From Deltaproteobacteria bacterium (GTDB taxonomy: Bacteria; Desulfobacterota; GWC2-55-46; DRME01), in contig DRME01000074.1 in assembly GCA_011375175.1 (NCBI GenBank), positions 1-59,378 on the forward strand: a stretch of 59,378 nucleotides of DNA, read 5' to 3'. Both the position numbers and the translations under genes were made by a program. The notes beneath the pieces were generated by a model that saw only the letters and a list, made by a program, of their open reading frames with translations, did no database searches and was not told the DNA's origin. Below, piece after piece: positions 50,108 to 57,892 of the stretch. How positions within the stretch are numbered: position 1 is the first letter of the stretch; every line of letters starts with the position of its first letter.

Positions 50108-50929
50108 TCACGTCTCGCAGCGGGCCGCCTGGAGCTCGCAGCTCTGCTCGTATGTAACGAGCTCCTTTATGACGGCGTTCTCGCCGCAGAGGGCGCAGTT
50201 CGGGTCCTTCCCCACCCGCACCTTCCTGAAGCTCATCTTGAGGGCGTCGAATATCATGAGGTGACCGGCCAGGCTCTCGCCTATGCCGAGGACCTCCTTT
50301 ATGGCCTCCACGGCCTGGAGCACGCCTATGACACCGGCCAGCGCTCCGAGCACTCCGGCCTCCTGGCAGCTCGGCACGAGCCCCGGCGGCGGCGGCTCTG
50401 GGTAGAGGCACCGGTAACAGGGCCGGCCTTCATGGGGCTTGAATACCGTCACCTGCCCGTCGAAGCGGAACATGGAGCCCGACACCAGGGTCTTCTTCTC
50501 GAAGAAGGCGGCGTCGTTCATGAGGAAGCGGGTGGGGAAGTTGTCGCTTCCGTCGAGCACCACGTCGTAGTCGCGTATGACGGAGCGGATGTTGTCGGCC
50601 GTGAGGCGCTCGTTGTAGGCCACGACCTTGCAGTCCGGGTTTAGCCTCTCGATGGACTCCCTGGCCGAGAGGGCCTTGGGCCTGCCTATGTCCGAGGTGT
50701 CGTGGATTATCTGGCGCTGGAGGTTGCTCAGGTCCACGGCGTCGCCGTCGGCTATGCCGATGGTGCCCACGCCGGCGGCGGCCAGGTAGTAGAGGGCCGG
50801 CGAGCCGAGCCCTCCGGCGCCGAGCACGAAGACCTTGCTCTCCAGGAGCCTGGCCTGGCCCGTTCCGCCCACCTCGGGCAGGATTATGTGACGCGAATAA
50901 CGCTCTATCTGCTCTTCTGTGAAGTCCAT
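50108..50929 (-). CDS. moeB: MoeB/ThiF family sulfur-carrier adenylyltransferase (E1-like)
   Basis: RYSRHIILPEVG, GAGGLGS, SNLQRQ, DGSDNF.TR, CYRCLYP, SCQEAGVLG, CALCG. Confidence 0.92.
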   Translation of the reverse strand: MDFTEEQIERYSRHIILPEVGGTGQARLLESKVFVLGAGGLGSPALYYLAAAGVGTIGIADGDAVDLSNLQRQIIHDTSDIGRPKALSARESIERLNPDCKVVAYNERLTADNIRSVIRDYDVVLDGSDNFPTRFLMNDAAFFEKKTLVSGSMFRFDGQVTVFKPHEGRPCYRCLYPEPPPPGLVPSCQEAGVLGALAGVIGVLQAVEAIKEVLGIGESLAGHLMIFDALKMSFRKVRVGKDPNCALCGENAVIKELVTYEQSCELQAARCET

Positions 50930-50961
50930 GGCGCGATACCTCTTACTGTGGAAATTCCTAT

Positions 50962-51003
50962 GGAAGCTCTTGATTAATTACCCTGGGGGAAACTTTGTTT
51001 CCC
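50962..51003. repeat. Minimal repeat remnant (terminus plus short hairpin)
   Basis: GGAAGCTCTTGATTAATTACCCTGGGGGAAAC-TTT-GTTTCCC. Confidence 0.7.
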
Positions 51004-51006
51004 TAA

Positions 51007-51423
51007 TCATGCAATCTCCAGCGCCTCTTCGGCGAAGGGCTCGTCGGGCTCCTCGAAGCACCAGCTTCGCGCGCTCTCGACCCTGCCCCCGCGCACCGAG
51101 ACGATGAGGTACGAATACCAGGGCTGCCCCCTCTCCCTGTCGAAGCGCGAGGGCCTGTCGGCGTGGTCGGGATGGGAGTGGTAGAAGCCGAGCACGTCGA
51201 GACCTTCGGCCCTCGCCTCCTTGTCTATCCTGTTGAGGTCGGCCGGCGATATCTCGTAGCGGTCCCCGGCGCGCTCGGTGTTCCTGTTCTCCGTCCTCAC
51301 CACCCTCTCCACGACCTTGACCTCCGACGCCGTGCCCACGAGCACCCCGCAGCACTCGCGCGGATAGGCCGTGCGCGCGTGCGCCGTGAGCTCGTCGTAG
51401 AGCTCCCTCGTCATGCGGAGCAC
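51007..51423 (-). CDS. M67/JAMM metallopeptidase (Mec/HcyD-like)
   Basis: YPRECCG.L.G; GFYHSHPDH...PS.FD JAMM motif. Confidence 0.9.
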   Translation of the reverse strand: MLRMTRELYDELTAHARTAYPRECCGVLVGTASEVKVVERVVRTENRNTERAGDRYEISPADLNRIDKEARAEGLDVLGFYHSHPDHADRPSRFDRERGQPWYSYLIVSVRGGRVESARSWCFEEPDEPFAEEALEIA

Positions 51424-51424
51424 C

Positions 51425-52384
51425 TCAGGCGCCCTCCCAGAGCCTGGTGCTCAGGTACTTGTCGCCGCCGTCGGGAAAGATGACGACGATGAGCCCCTTC
51501 TCGATCCTCGAGGCGAGCCGCATCGCAGCCCACATGGCGGCGCCCGAGGACTGGCCGACGAGAAGGCCCTCTTCGCGGGCAAGGCGCTTGGCCATGTCGT
51601 AGGACTCCTCGGTCGGGGCCGCTATCTTGTCGTCGTGCTCCTCGGCGTGGTATATGCCGGGCACGATGGAAGAGGCCATGTGCTTGAGGCCCTCGAGCCC
51701 GTGGAGCGGGCTGTCGGGCTCTACGGCCACGACCTGGATATGGGGATTGTACTCCTTGAGCCTCCTGCCCGTGCCCATTATGGTGCCGCCCGTGCCTATG
51801 GAGGCGACCAGGTGGGTTATGCGCCCCTCGGTCTGCTCGAATATCTCCACGCCTGTGGTGTCGTAATGGGCCCTCGGGTTGGAGGGGTTGTTGTACTGGT
51901 CGAGCTTGCAGTACTTCTCCGGGTTGTCGACGTAGAGCTTCCAGGCGAGCCTTATGGCCCCGTCCGACCCCTCGAGCGGGCTCGAAAATACGACGTTGGC
52001 GCCGAAGGCGTGGAGTATCTTCTTGCGCTCCTCGCTCACGTTGGCCGGCACGACGAGCTCCACCCTGTAGCCCTTCACGGCCCCTATCCAGGCGTAGGCT
52101 ATGCCCGTGTTGCCCGAGGTGGAGTCGAGTATGACCTTATCCTTCGTCAGTATGCCGGCGGCCTCGGCGTCCTCTATCATGCGAAGCGCCGGCCGGTCCT
52201 TGACCGAGCCGCCGGGGTTGCAGCCCTCGAGCTTGGCGTATATCTCCACCTCGGCCGGAAGCTCGCGGGTAATACGGTTGATACGCACAAGCGGCGTATT
52301 ACCGACGAGCTCAACGGCCGATGACTTGACGCCGAGTCCCTGGGCCCTGAACGCGTGCATCCGCACCGCCTTCTCTCCACTCAT
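51425..52384 (-). CDS. cysM: PLP-dependent cysteine synthase (CysM-like)
   Basis: VGNTPLV, KLEGCNPGGSVKDR, STSGNTG, QYNNPSN, GTGGT, GQSSGAA; GGAGG before ATG 52384. Confidence 0.9.
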   Translation of the reverse strand: MSGEKAVRMHAFRAQGLGVKSSAVELVGNTPLVRINRITRELPAEVEIYAKLEGCNPGGSVKDRPALRMIEDAEAAGILTKDKVILDSTSGNTGIAYAWIGAVKGYRVELVVPANVSEERKKILHAFGANVVFSSPLEGSDGAIRLAWKLYVDNPEKYCKLDQYNNPSNPRAHYDTTGVEIFEQTEGRITHLVASIGTGGTIMGTGRRLKEYNPHIQVVAVEPDSPLHGLEGLKHMASSIVPGIYHAEEHDDKIAAPTEESYDMAKRLAREEGLLVGQSSGAAMWAAMRLASRIEKGLIVVIFPDGGDKYLSTRLWEGA

Positions 52385-52406
52385 TGTGCAAAACCTCCGT
52401 CGAGGG

Positions 52407-52517
52407 GGCTCATCCGTCGCTGAAAAAGACCCCCTAATGGAACTCAGGACCATCGAGCAGGTTGCATATCGCGTTGACGCGGCTCATCCGTCGCTGAAAA
52501 AGACCCCGTAATGGAAC
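52407..52517 (-). promoter_or_regulatory. Duplicated 37-nt leader motif with two short uORFs
   Basis: 52407-52443 and 52481-52517 differ at one base; uORFs 52434-52487 (MSRVNAICNLLDGPEFH) and 52381-52413 (MSPLDGGFAQ). Confidence 0.6.
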
Positions 52518-52523
52518 GGCACG

Positions 52524-52575
52524 CAATACCCTACTAAGCTTGTCAAGTTTACAATACCCTACTAAACTTGTCAAG
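52524..52575 (-). promoter_or_regulatory. Sigma70 promoter with tandem IscR/Rrf2-type operator sites
   Basis: CTTGACAAG(T/C)TTAGTAGGGTATTG twice, 28-nt period; TTGACA-N17-TAAACT; about 20/25 match by eye to the IscR type-1 consensus. Confidence 0.7.
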
Positions 52576-52713
52576 AAATTTAAGGACCTGTGTGCCTTTT
52601 TTTACGGGATCGGCCCGCAGGCCGGGACGCAGCGCAAGGGGCCGCGGACCGTAGGGGCGTGAGGGGAGGCGGCTGCGCAGGGCAGCCGCCGCAGGCACTC
52701 TCACCGCGGGGCC

Positions 52714-52950
52714 TCACTCGATGACGTCGAGCTCTATGGGTTCGACCTTGACGCCCTTGTCGATGAAGAAATCGATGGCCTTGTCTATCTCTTCGGGCTC
52801 GCCGTCGAACTCGAGGGCCACGAGTCCGAGGCTCGGAGAGACCGAGGCCTGGCGTATGTTGGTGACGACCCTGAAGCGACGTCCCACCTCGTAGATGAGG
52901 GGCTCCCGGATGCGCTCCTTGGGATATGTAAGGTAGACCCTCTTCTTCAA
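52714..52950 (-). CDS. Stand-alone NIL-domain protein
   Basis: RVYLTYP...IREPLIY...F.VV.NIRQASV...G.V.LE..G; TTG start overlaps the carrier stop codon. Confidence 0.8.
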   Translation of the reverse strand: MKKRVYLTYPKERIREPLIYEVGRRFRVVTNIRQASVSPSLGLVALEFDGEPEEIDKAIDFFIDKGVKVEPIELDVIE

Positions 52951-53228
52951 CGCACGCCTCCCGCTATGGCGGGGATGATGGAGAGTTCGTCGCCGTCGCT
53001 TGTCGGCGTGGAGAGGTTGTCCCTGAAGCGTATGTCCTCGTCGTTGATATATATGTTTATGAAGCGACGGAGGTTGCCGTCTTCGTCGCAGATGCGCTCC
53101 TTGAGACCGGGATGCCTCTTTTCGAGGTCCTCGATGACCTCCGAGACCGTGGCCCCCTCGGCCGTCACCTCGTCCTGGCCGCCCGTTATCTTCCTCAGGG
53201 GAGTCGGTATCCTCACCTTTACCGCCAT
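52947..53228 (-). CDS. MoaD/ThiS family sulfur carrier (CysO/HcyS-like)
   Basis: VRIPTPLR, RFINIYINDEDIR, IIPAIAGG-VR C-terminus. Confidence 0.92.
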   Translation of the reverse strand: MAVKVRIPTPLRKITGGQDEVTAEGATVSEVIEDLEKRHPGLKERICDEDGNLRRFINIYINDEDIRFRDNLSTPTSDGDELSIIPAIAGGVR

Positions 53229-53316
53229 CTGTATGCACCTCCTGTGTTTTGTAGACGGCTACTCCGTCCCGCCGCCCCCCGCCGCCCCCGGCGCCGCCGC
53301 GGCCGCGGGGACGGGG

Positions 53317-55770
53317 TCATACCGCCTTCTTGACGAGAAGCTCGTAATGGTCGCCGGTCTTCTCCATGCGCAGGATCTCCTGGCCGTCGTTTCTCAGGCT
53401 CGAGGGGACGTTCCTTATGGGCTCGCCCTCGTCGAGGTAGAGCAGGAGTTCCTCGCCCTTTTTCATGGTCTCGAGCTTGATCTTGGCCTTCACGTAGTTT
53501 ATGGGGCACTTCACGCCGCGAAGGTCCATAAGCACGGGCCCGGCGCCCCCTTCGTCCTCCGCGCCGCCGGGGGCCTGCCGGCTCTCCGGGGCCGGGGCTT
53601 CGCCCTCCCCGCCCTTCTCCCCCTCTATCCTCTCGAGCCTGAAGTGGAAGAAGTCGTCCATCGACGAGTAGAGGGCCTTGACGCGGTCCAGCATGGCCTC
53701 GATGCGGCCCAGGTACTCATCGAGCCCCCGCTCGTTGAGCAAGCGCGACGAGAGGAGTTCGGCCGTCCTGTCAAGCCCCGCGAAGCGCTCCGGGACGAGC
53801 CCCCGGCCTATGAACTTGGACTCGAAGTGGTCTACGGCCTCCTCGTCCGAGGCGGTCTCTATGCCCTGTGTTATGAGCAGCGCCTTGCACGTGGCCACAA
53901 GGCCCCTGTAGGCGGCCTCCGACGCCTCTTCGAGACGGCCCTGCGCGAGCGCCCGCCGCGCCCCGGCCAGCGAGCCTTCGGCCTCCTCTATGTCCACGTC
54001 TATTATGTCGAAGACACCGGCGCCGCACTCGCCGGGACCGAGACCGGCCAGCGAGAACTCCTCGTCCACGCCCCAGTCCGTGTACATCTGCGGGGCCTCG
54101 TCATGGGGCGGCATGGTCGAGTACCGCTCGACGAGCTCCCTCACAACGGCCCTGCCGCCGCCGTCGAGGTAGTCGTGGAAGCCGCCCTCCCCCCTCTCGG
54201 CGGCGTAGCGGCCGAGCAGCTCGGTGACGAAGGCCGGTATCCTCTTCGCCGGCACGAAGCCGTAGGTCTCGGCAAGCCTCGTCTTGCCGGCCTCGACCCT
54301 GCCTCCGGCAAGCACCTCGTAGTGGGGGGCGAGCCGCCCGTCGCCTCTCTTGGCCGCGCCGTAGAGGCCTATCGCCCCTACGGGGTGCTGGCCGCAGGCG
54401 TTGGGGCAGCCGCTTATCTTTATGTCCACGTCGAGGGAGCCGAGATCGAGTCCGCCGCCGCAAAGCTCCCTGGTGAGCTCGGCCGCCATGTTCCTTGAGA
54501 GGCATATGCCCAGGTTGCACGTCGACGCGCCGGGACAGCAGAGTACGTCGTCGATGCGGCCGGCGCCCGCGCGGCCGAGGCCGAGTTCGGCGAGCGCGGC
54601 GAAGAGGGGCCTGAGCTCCTCCTCGCGCAGCCAGCGGATCATGAGGTTCTGGTCGTGGCCGGTGCGGAGCGTGCCCTCGCCGAAGCGCTCGACCACGTCG
54701 GCAAGACGCCTGAGGACGGGGGCCTCGATGTCGCCGAGTTCGAGCCTTATGCGGGCGTAGTGGAAGCCGGGCTGCTTCTGCTCCCTCACGTTGGAGGCGC
54801 GCCAGAGCTCAAAGCCCCGCTCGTCGAAACCGGCCGGCGGCTCGCCGGCCTCGACCGCGCCAACGTCACGAAGCCGCGGGACGGGCCGCAGCGCCATGGG
54901 CCTGGGGCCGCTGCTTCGCACCGCATCGAGCTCCCGGCGGTAGAGGTCGAGGAACTTCCGCTCGCCGTACTTCTCGATTACGAAGCGAAGGCGCGCCTTG
55001 TGCTTGTTGCGCCTGTTGCCGTGCTTGTCGAAGAGGTTCATGACCGCCTCGGCCACGGCGAGGGCCTGGTCGGCCGGTATGAACTCCTCGATGAGTGTTG
55101 CCGGACGCGACCACGCGCCCATCCCGCCGGCGGCCCACACCTGGAAGCCCTCTTCGGCGGCACCGCCGCGCCCGCGCCTCACGGCCACGAAGCCCACGTC
55201 GTTTATGGTCGCCAGGGCGCAGTCCTCGGCGCAGCCGGAAAAGGCTATCTTGTACTTCCTGGGCAGGCTGTAGGCGCTGGGGTGCGTCAGCAGCGCCTCG
55301 GTGACGGCCACGGCGTAGGGGGCCACGTCGAAAGACTCGCGGGGACAGACGCCCGACTCTGGACAGGCCGTCACGTTTCTGAGGGTGTTGCCCCCGCCGC
55401 CGCGTGTGGATAGACCCACCTCGGCAAGCGACCTCATGGCCTTGACCGTGTCCTCGAGCACCACGCGGTGGAGCTGCACGTCCTGGCGGGTCGTCACATG
55501 GGGTATGCCGTTGCCGTACCGCTCCGAGAGGTCGGCTATGCGGCGCATCTGTTCGGGAAGCAGTCCGCCCGCCGGGACCCTGATCCTCATCATGTGGGTC
55601 GTCTGGCCCCGCTGGGCGTATACGCCCCTCGTGACGCGGAAAGGCTTGAAGCGCTCGCGCGATATCTCGCCGCGCAGGACCTTCTCCACCTCGGCGGCGT
55701 AGACGTCGATGTCGTCGATGATCTCCTGCGGTATCTCGTAGAAACTCTTCGCCTGCTTTACATCACTCAT
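53317..55770 (-). CDS. sir: Siroheme sulfite/nitrite reductase fused to HEPN-like and TusA/SirA domains
   Basis: GVYAQR, HVTTRQDVQLH, LPRKYKIAFSGC, ISGCPNACGQH; C-terminal MDLRGVKCPINYVKAKIKLE. Confidence 0.88.
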   Translation of the reverse strand: MSDVKQAKSFYEIPQEIIDDIDVYAAEVEKVLRGEISRERFKPFRVTRGVYAQRGQTTHMMRIRVPAGGLLPEQMRRIADLSERYGNGIPHVTTRQDVQLHRVVLEDTVKAMRSLAEVGLSTRGGGGNTLRNVTACPESGVCPRESFDVAPYAVAVTEALLTHPSAYSLPRKYKIAFSGCAEDCALATINDVGFVAVRRGRGGAAEEGFQVWAAGGMGAWSRPATLIEEFIPADQALAVAEAVMNLFDKHGNRRNKHKARLRFVIEKYGERKFLDLYRRELDAVRSSGPRPMALRPVPRLRDVGAVEAGEPPAGFDERGFELWRASNVREQKQPGFHYARIRLELGDIEAPVLRRLADVVERFGEGTLRTGHDQNLMIRWLREEELRPLFAALAELGLGRAGAGRIDDVLCCPGASTCNLGICLSRNMAAELTRELCGGGLDLGSLDVDIKISGCPNACGQHPVGAIGLYGAAKRGDGRLAPHYEVLAGGRVEAGKTRLAETYGFVPAKRIPAFVTELLGRYAAERGEGGFHDYLDGGGRAVVRELVERYSTMPPHDEAPQMYTDWGVDEEFSLAGLGPGECGAGVFDIIDVDIEEAEGSLAGARRALAQGRLEEASEAAYRGLVATCKALLITQGIETASDEEAVDHFESKFIGRGLVPERFAGLDRTAELLSSRLLNERGLDEYLGRIEAMLDRVKALYSSMDDFFHFRLERIEGEKGGEGEAPAPESRQAPGGAEDEGGAGPVLMDLRGVKCPINYVKAKIKLETMKKGEELLLYLDEGEPIRNVPSSLRNDGQEILRMEKTGDHYELLVKKAV

Positions 55771-56004
55771 TATCTCTTCAACTCCCGATAGGAGAACTGC
55801 CCAGCCGGTGCCTCTCTATCAAGGGACCGTCCGGGCGCGGACGCCCCTGCTGGCGGAAAACAAGCCGTGAGGCATCCTCCTGCCCCACCTGCCCCTCTGT
55901 CCCCCTGTCTCCCTGTCCGCTCCAGCGGCGAAGGTGCGGGCCGTGGCCGCCACTGCGGAGGTCCCCCGCAACAAACCTCTCCGCGCGGGCGGCGGCCCGG
56001 CGCC

Positions 56005-57258
56005 TCAGAGGGCGCAGCTCTTCCGGCCCTTGACGAGGGCGTCGAACTCCTTGAGGCTTGCGTTTATGACCGGTGTCTCGCCGAGCTTGCCGTAGAGGGC
56101 CTCCTGTGTCTTGAGGCCGTTGCCCGTTATGGAGACGACGATGGACTCGTTTCGCGGGATACGGCCCTGTTCGAGGAGCTTTTTCGTAACGCCCAGCGTT
56201 ACGCCTCCGGCCGTCTCGGCGAAGATGCCCTCGGTCTCGGCCAGCAGTCTTATGGCGTCTATTATCTCTTCGTCGCTCACGTCCTCGCCCCAGCCGCCGC
56301 TCTCGCGCATGGTCCTGGCCGAGTAGTAACCGTCGGCCGGGTTGCCTATGGCGAGGCTCTTGGCTATGGTGTCGGGCCGCACCGGCCTTATGAGCTCCGA
56401 GCCTTCCTTCACGGCCGTCACTATGGGGGCGCACCCGGTGGCCTGGGCGCCGTAGATCTTCGAGTCCAGCGGCCCATCGACGAGCCCCAGCCTGTGGAAC
56501 TCCTTGAAGGACTTCCATACCTTGGTTATGAGCGAGCCTCCGGCCATGGGCACGACCACGTGCTTCGGCAGCCTCCAGCCGAGCTGCTCGACGATCTCGT
56601 AGCCGAAGGCCTTGGAGCCCTCGGCGTAGTAGGGCCTTATGTTTATGTTGACGAAGGCCCAGCCGTACTTGCCCGCTATCTCGCTGCACAGACGGTTGAC
56701 CTCGTCGTAGGTGCCCCTGATGCGCACCATGTTGCAGCCGTAGACGAGGGTGCCGAGTATCTTGGTGGGCTCCAGGTCGTGGGGGATGAAGACGTAGTTC
56801 TCGAGGCCCGCCGCCGAGGCGTTGGCGGCCACCGAGTTTGCGAGGTTGCCGGTGGAGGCGCAGCTCACCACGTCGAAGCCCAGCTCCACAGCCTTCGATA
56901 TGGCCACCGAGACGACCCGGTCCTTGAAGGAGAGGGTCGGGTAGTTGACGGCGTCGTTCTTTATGTAGAGCTCGTCAACGCCGAGGGCCTCTTCGAGGTT
57001 GCGGGCCCTCACAAGGGGGGTGAAGCCCACCTGTGCGCCCACGGTTGGCTCTCCGTCAAGGGGCAGGAGCTCACGGTAGCGCCACATGTTCGCCGGCCTC
57101 GACTCTATGACCCGGCGGCTCAGCGCCTTCGCTATCTCTTCGTATTCGTAGACGACCTCGAGCGGGCCGAAGCAGAACTCGCAGACATGGAGCGCCTCTT
57201 TGGGGTACTCCTTGCCGCACTCCCTGCACTTTAGCGCCTTCACGTAACTCATCTCCAT
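56005..57258 (-). CDS. Threonine synthase-like PLP enzyme with N-terminal zinc ribbon
   Basis: CRECG...CEFC, SFKDR, CASTGNLA, PMAGGSL, AIGNPADG, ITGNGLK. Function may not be threonine synthesis (see findings). Confidence 0.85.
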   Translation of the reverse strand: MEMSYVKALKCRECGKEYPKEALHVCEFCFGPLEVVYEYEEIAKALSRRVIESRPANMWRYRELLPLDGEPTVGAQVGFTPLVRARNLEEALGVDELYIKNDAVNYPTLSFKDRVVSVAISKAVELGFDVVSCASTGNLANSVAANASAAGLENYVFIPHDLEPTKILGTLVYGCNMVRIRGTYDEVNRLCSEIAGKYGWAFVNINIRPYYAEGSKAFGYEIVEQLGWRLPKHVVVPMAGGSLITKVWKSFKEFHRLGLVDGPLDSKIYGAQATGCAPIVTAVKEGSELIRPVRPDTIAKSLAIGNPADGYYSARTMRESGGWGEDVSDEEIIDAIRLLAETEGIFAETAGGVTLGVTKKLLEQGRIPRNESIVVSITGNGLKTQEALYGKLGETPVINASLKEFDALVKGRKSCAL

Positions 57259-57294
57259 TCCCCCCTTGCTTGAAAAAACTCTTTTTCGGCGGCC

Positions 57295-57330
57295 AAAAAA
57301 AAACCTCTTCTTTTGAAGCTAAGAAGAGGT
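57295..57330 (-). terminator. Intrinsic terminator of the SAM-I expression platform
   Basis: ACCTCTTCTT-loop-AAGAAGAGGT followed by a long U tract on the minus strand. Confidence 0.85.
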
Positions 57331-57340
57331 ACGAGACCTT

Positions 57341-57513
57341 TTCTTATCTTCCAAGGTCCTCCTCGGCCTGCCGGGGCCCGAGGCGCCATTCGCCCCCCGG
57401 CAGACCCCGGCCGGGACGTGGCGGACCTTGCTGGAATTAGCACCTGTCACCCCCGAAGAGGCCGGTTGCTGTGGCTTCACAGGGCCAGTTCCCTCTGCCA
57501 CTCTTGATAAGAA
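57341..57513 (-). ncRNA. SAM-I (S-box) riboswitch
   Basis: TTCTTATCAAGAGTGGCAGAGGGAACTGGCCCTGTGAAGCCACAGCAACC...GGTGCTAATTCC...GGAAGATAAGAA; the 3' strand of P1 can pair with the terminator 5' arm as an antiterminator. Confidence 0.95.
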
Positions 57514-57539
57514 CGTTAGCGTATTCAGTTGTATCTGGT

Positions 57540-57567
57540 TATATAATATGAAAACGGCCGAATGTCA
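57540..57567 (-). promoter_or_regulatory. Sigma70 promoter upstream of the S-box
   Basis: TTGACA-N17-TATATA on the minus strand. Confidence 0.6.
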
Positions 57568-57803
57568 AGACAATAATGGACGGTCTCTGCGACAAAAAAG
57601 CTGCGTGGGCTCCCGGCTCCTGTCCGGCCGGCCGAAACCGGAAGGCGGCGCACCCGCCCAGGCTCCGCCGCCGACACCGCAACGGTGGTGACTGCGGTCA
57701 CATACGGGGCGCTGTGCTTTCAATATACTGTAAGTACGATCTATGGGGCTCGGAGCGCATCGGCCGGAGGCGGCCCGCGGCTCTACTTGTGAGACAACTC
57801 TTC

Positions 57804-57831
57804 TTGACAGACGCTACCCTGACGATAAAAT
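57804..57831 (+). promoter_or_regulatory. Sigma70 promoter for the beta-helix gene
   Basis: TTGACA-N16-TAAAAT. Confidence 0.5.
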
Positions 57832-57892
57832 ACATGGTAAGATACGACGCATCTAAAGTCGAACCGGAAGAGAGGAACGGAAGGTGGACAAG

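Noticed and set aside
52434-52436. Recoding (pyrrolysine or selenocysteine) of the uORF stop
   Set aside because: Read-through adds only seven residues; no SECIS or pyl evidence is in the window.
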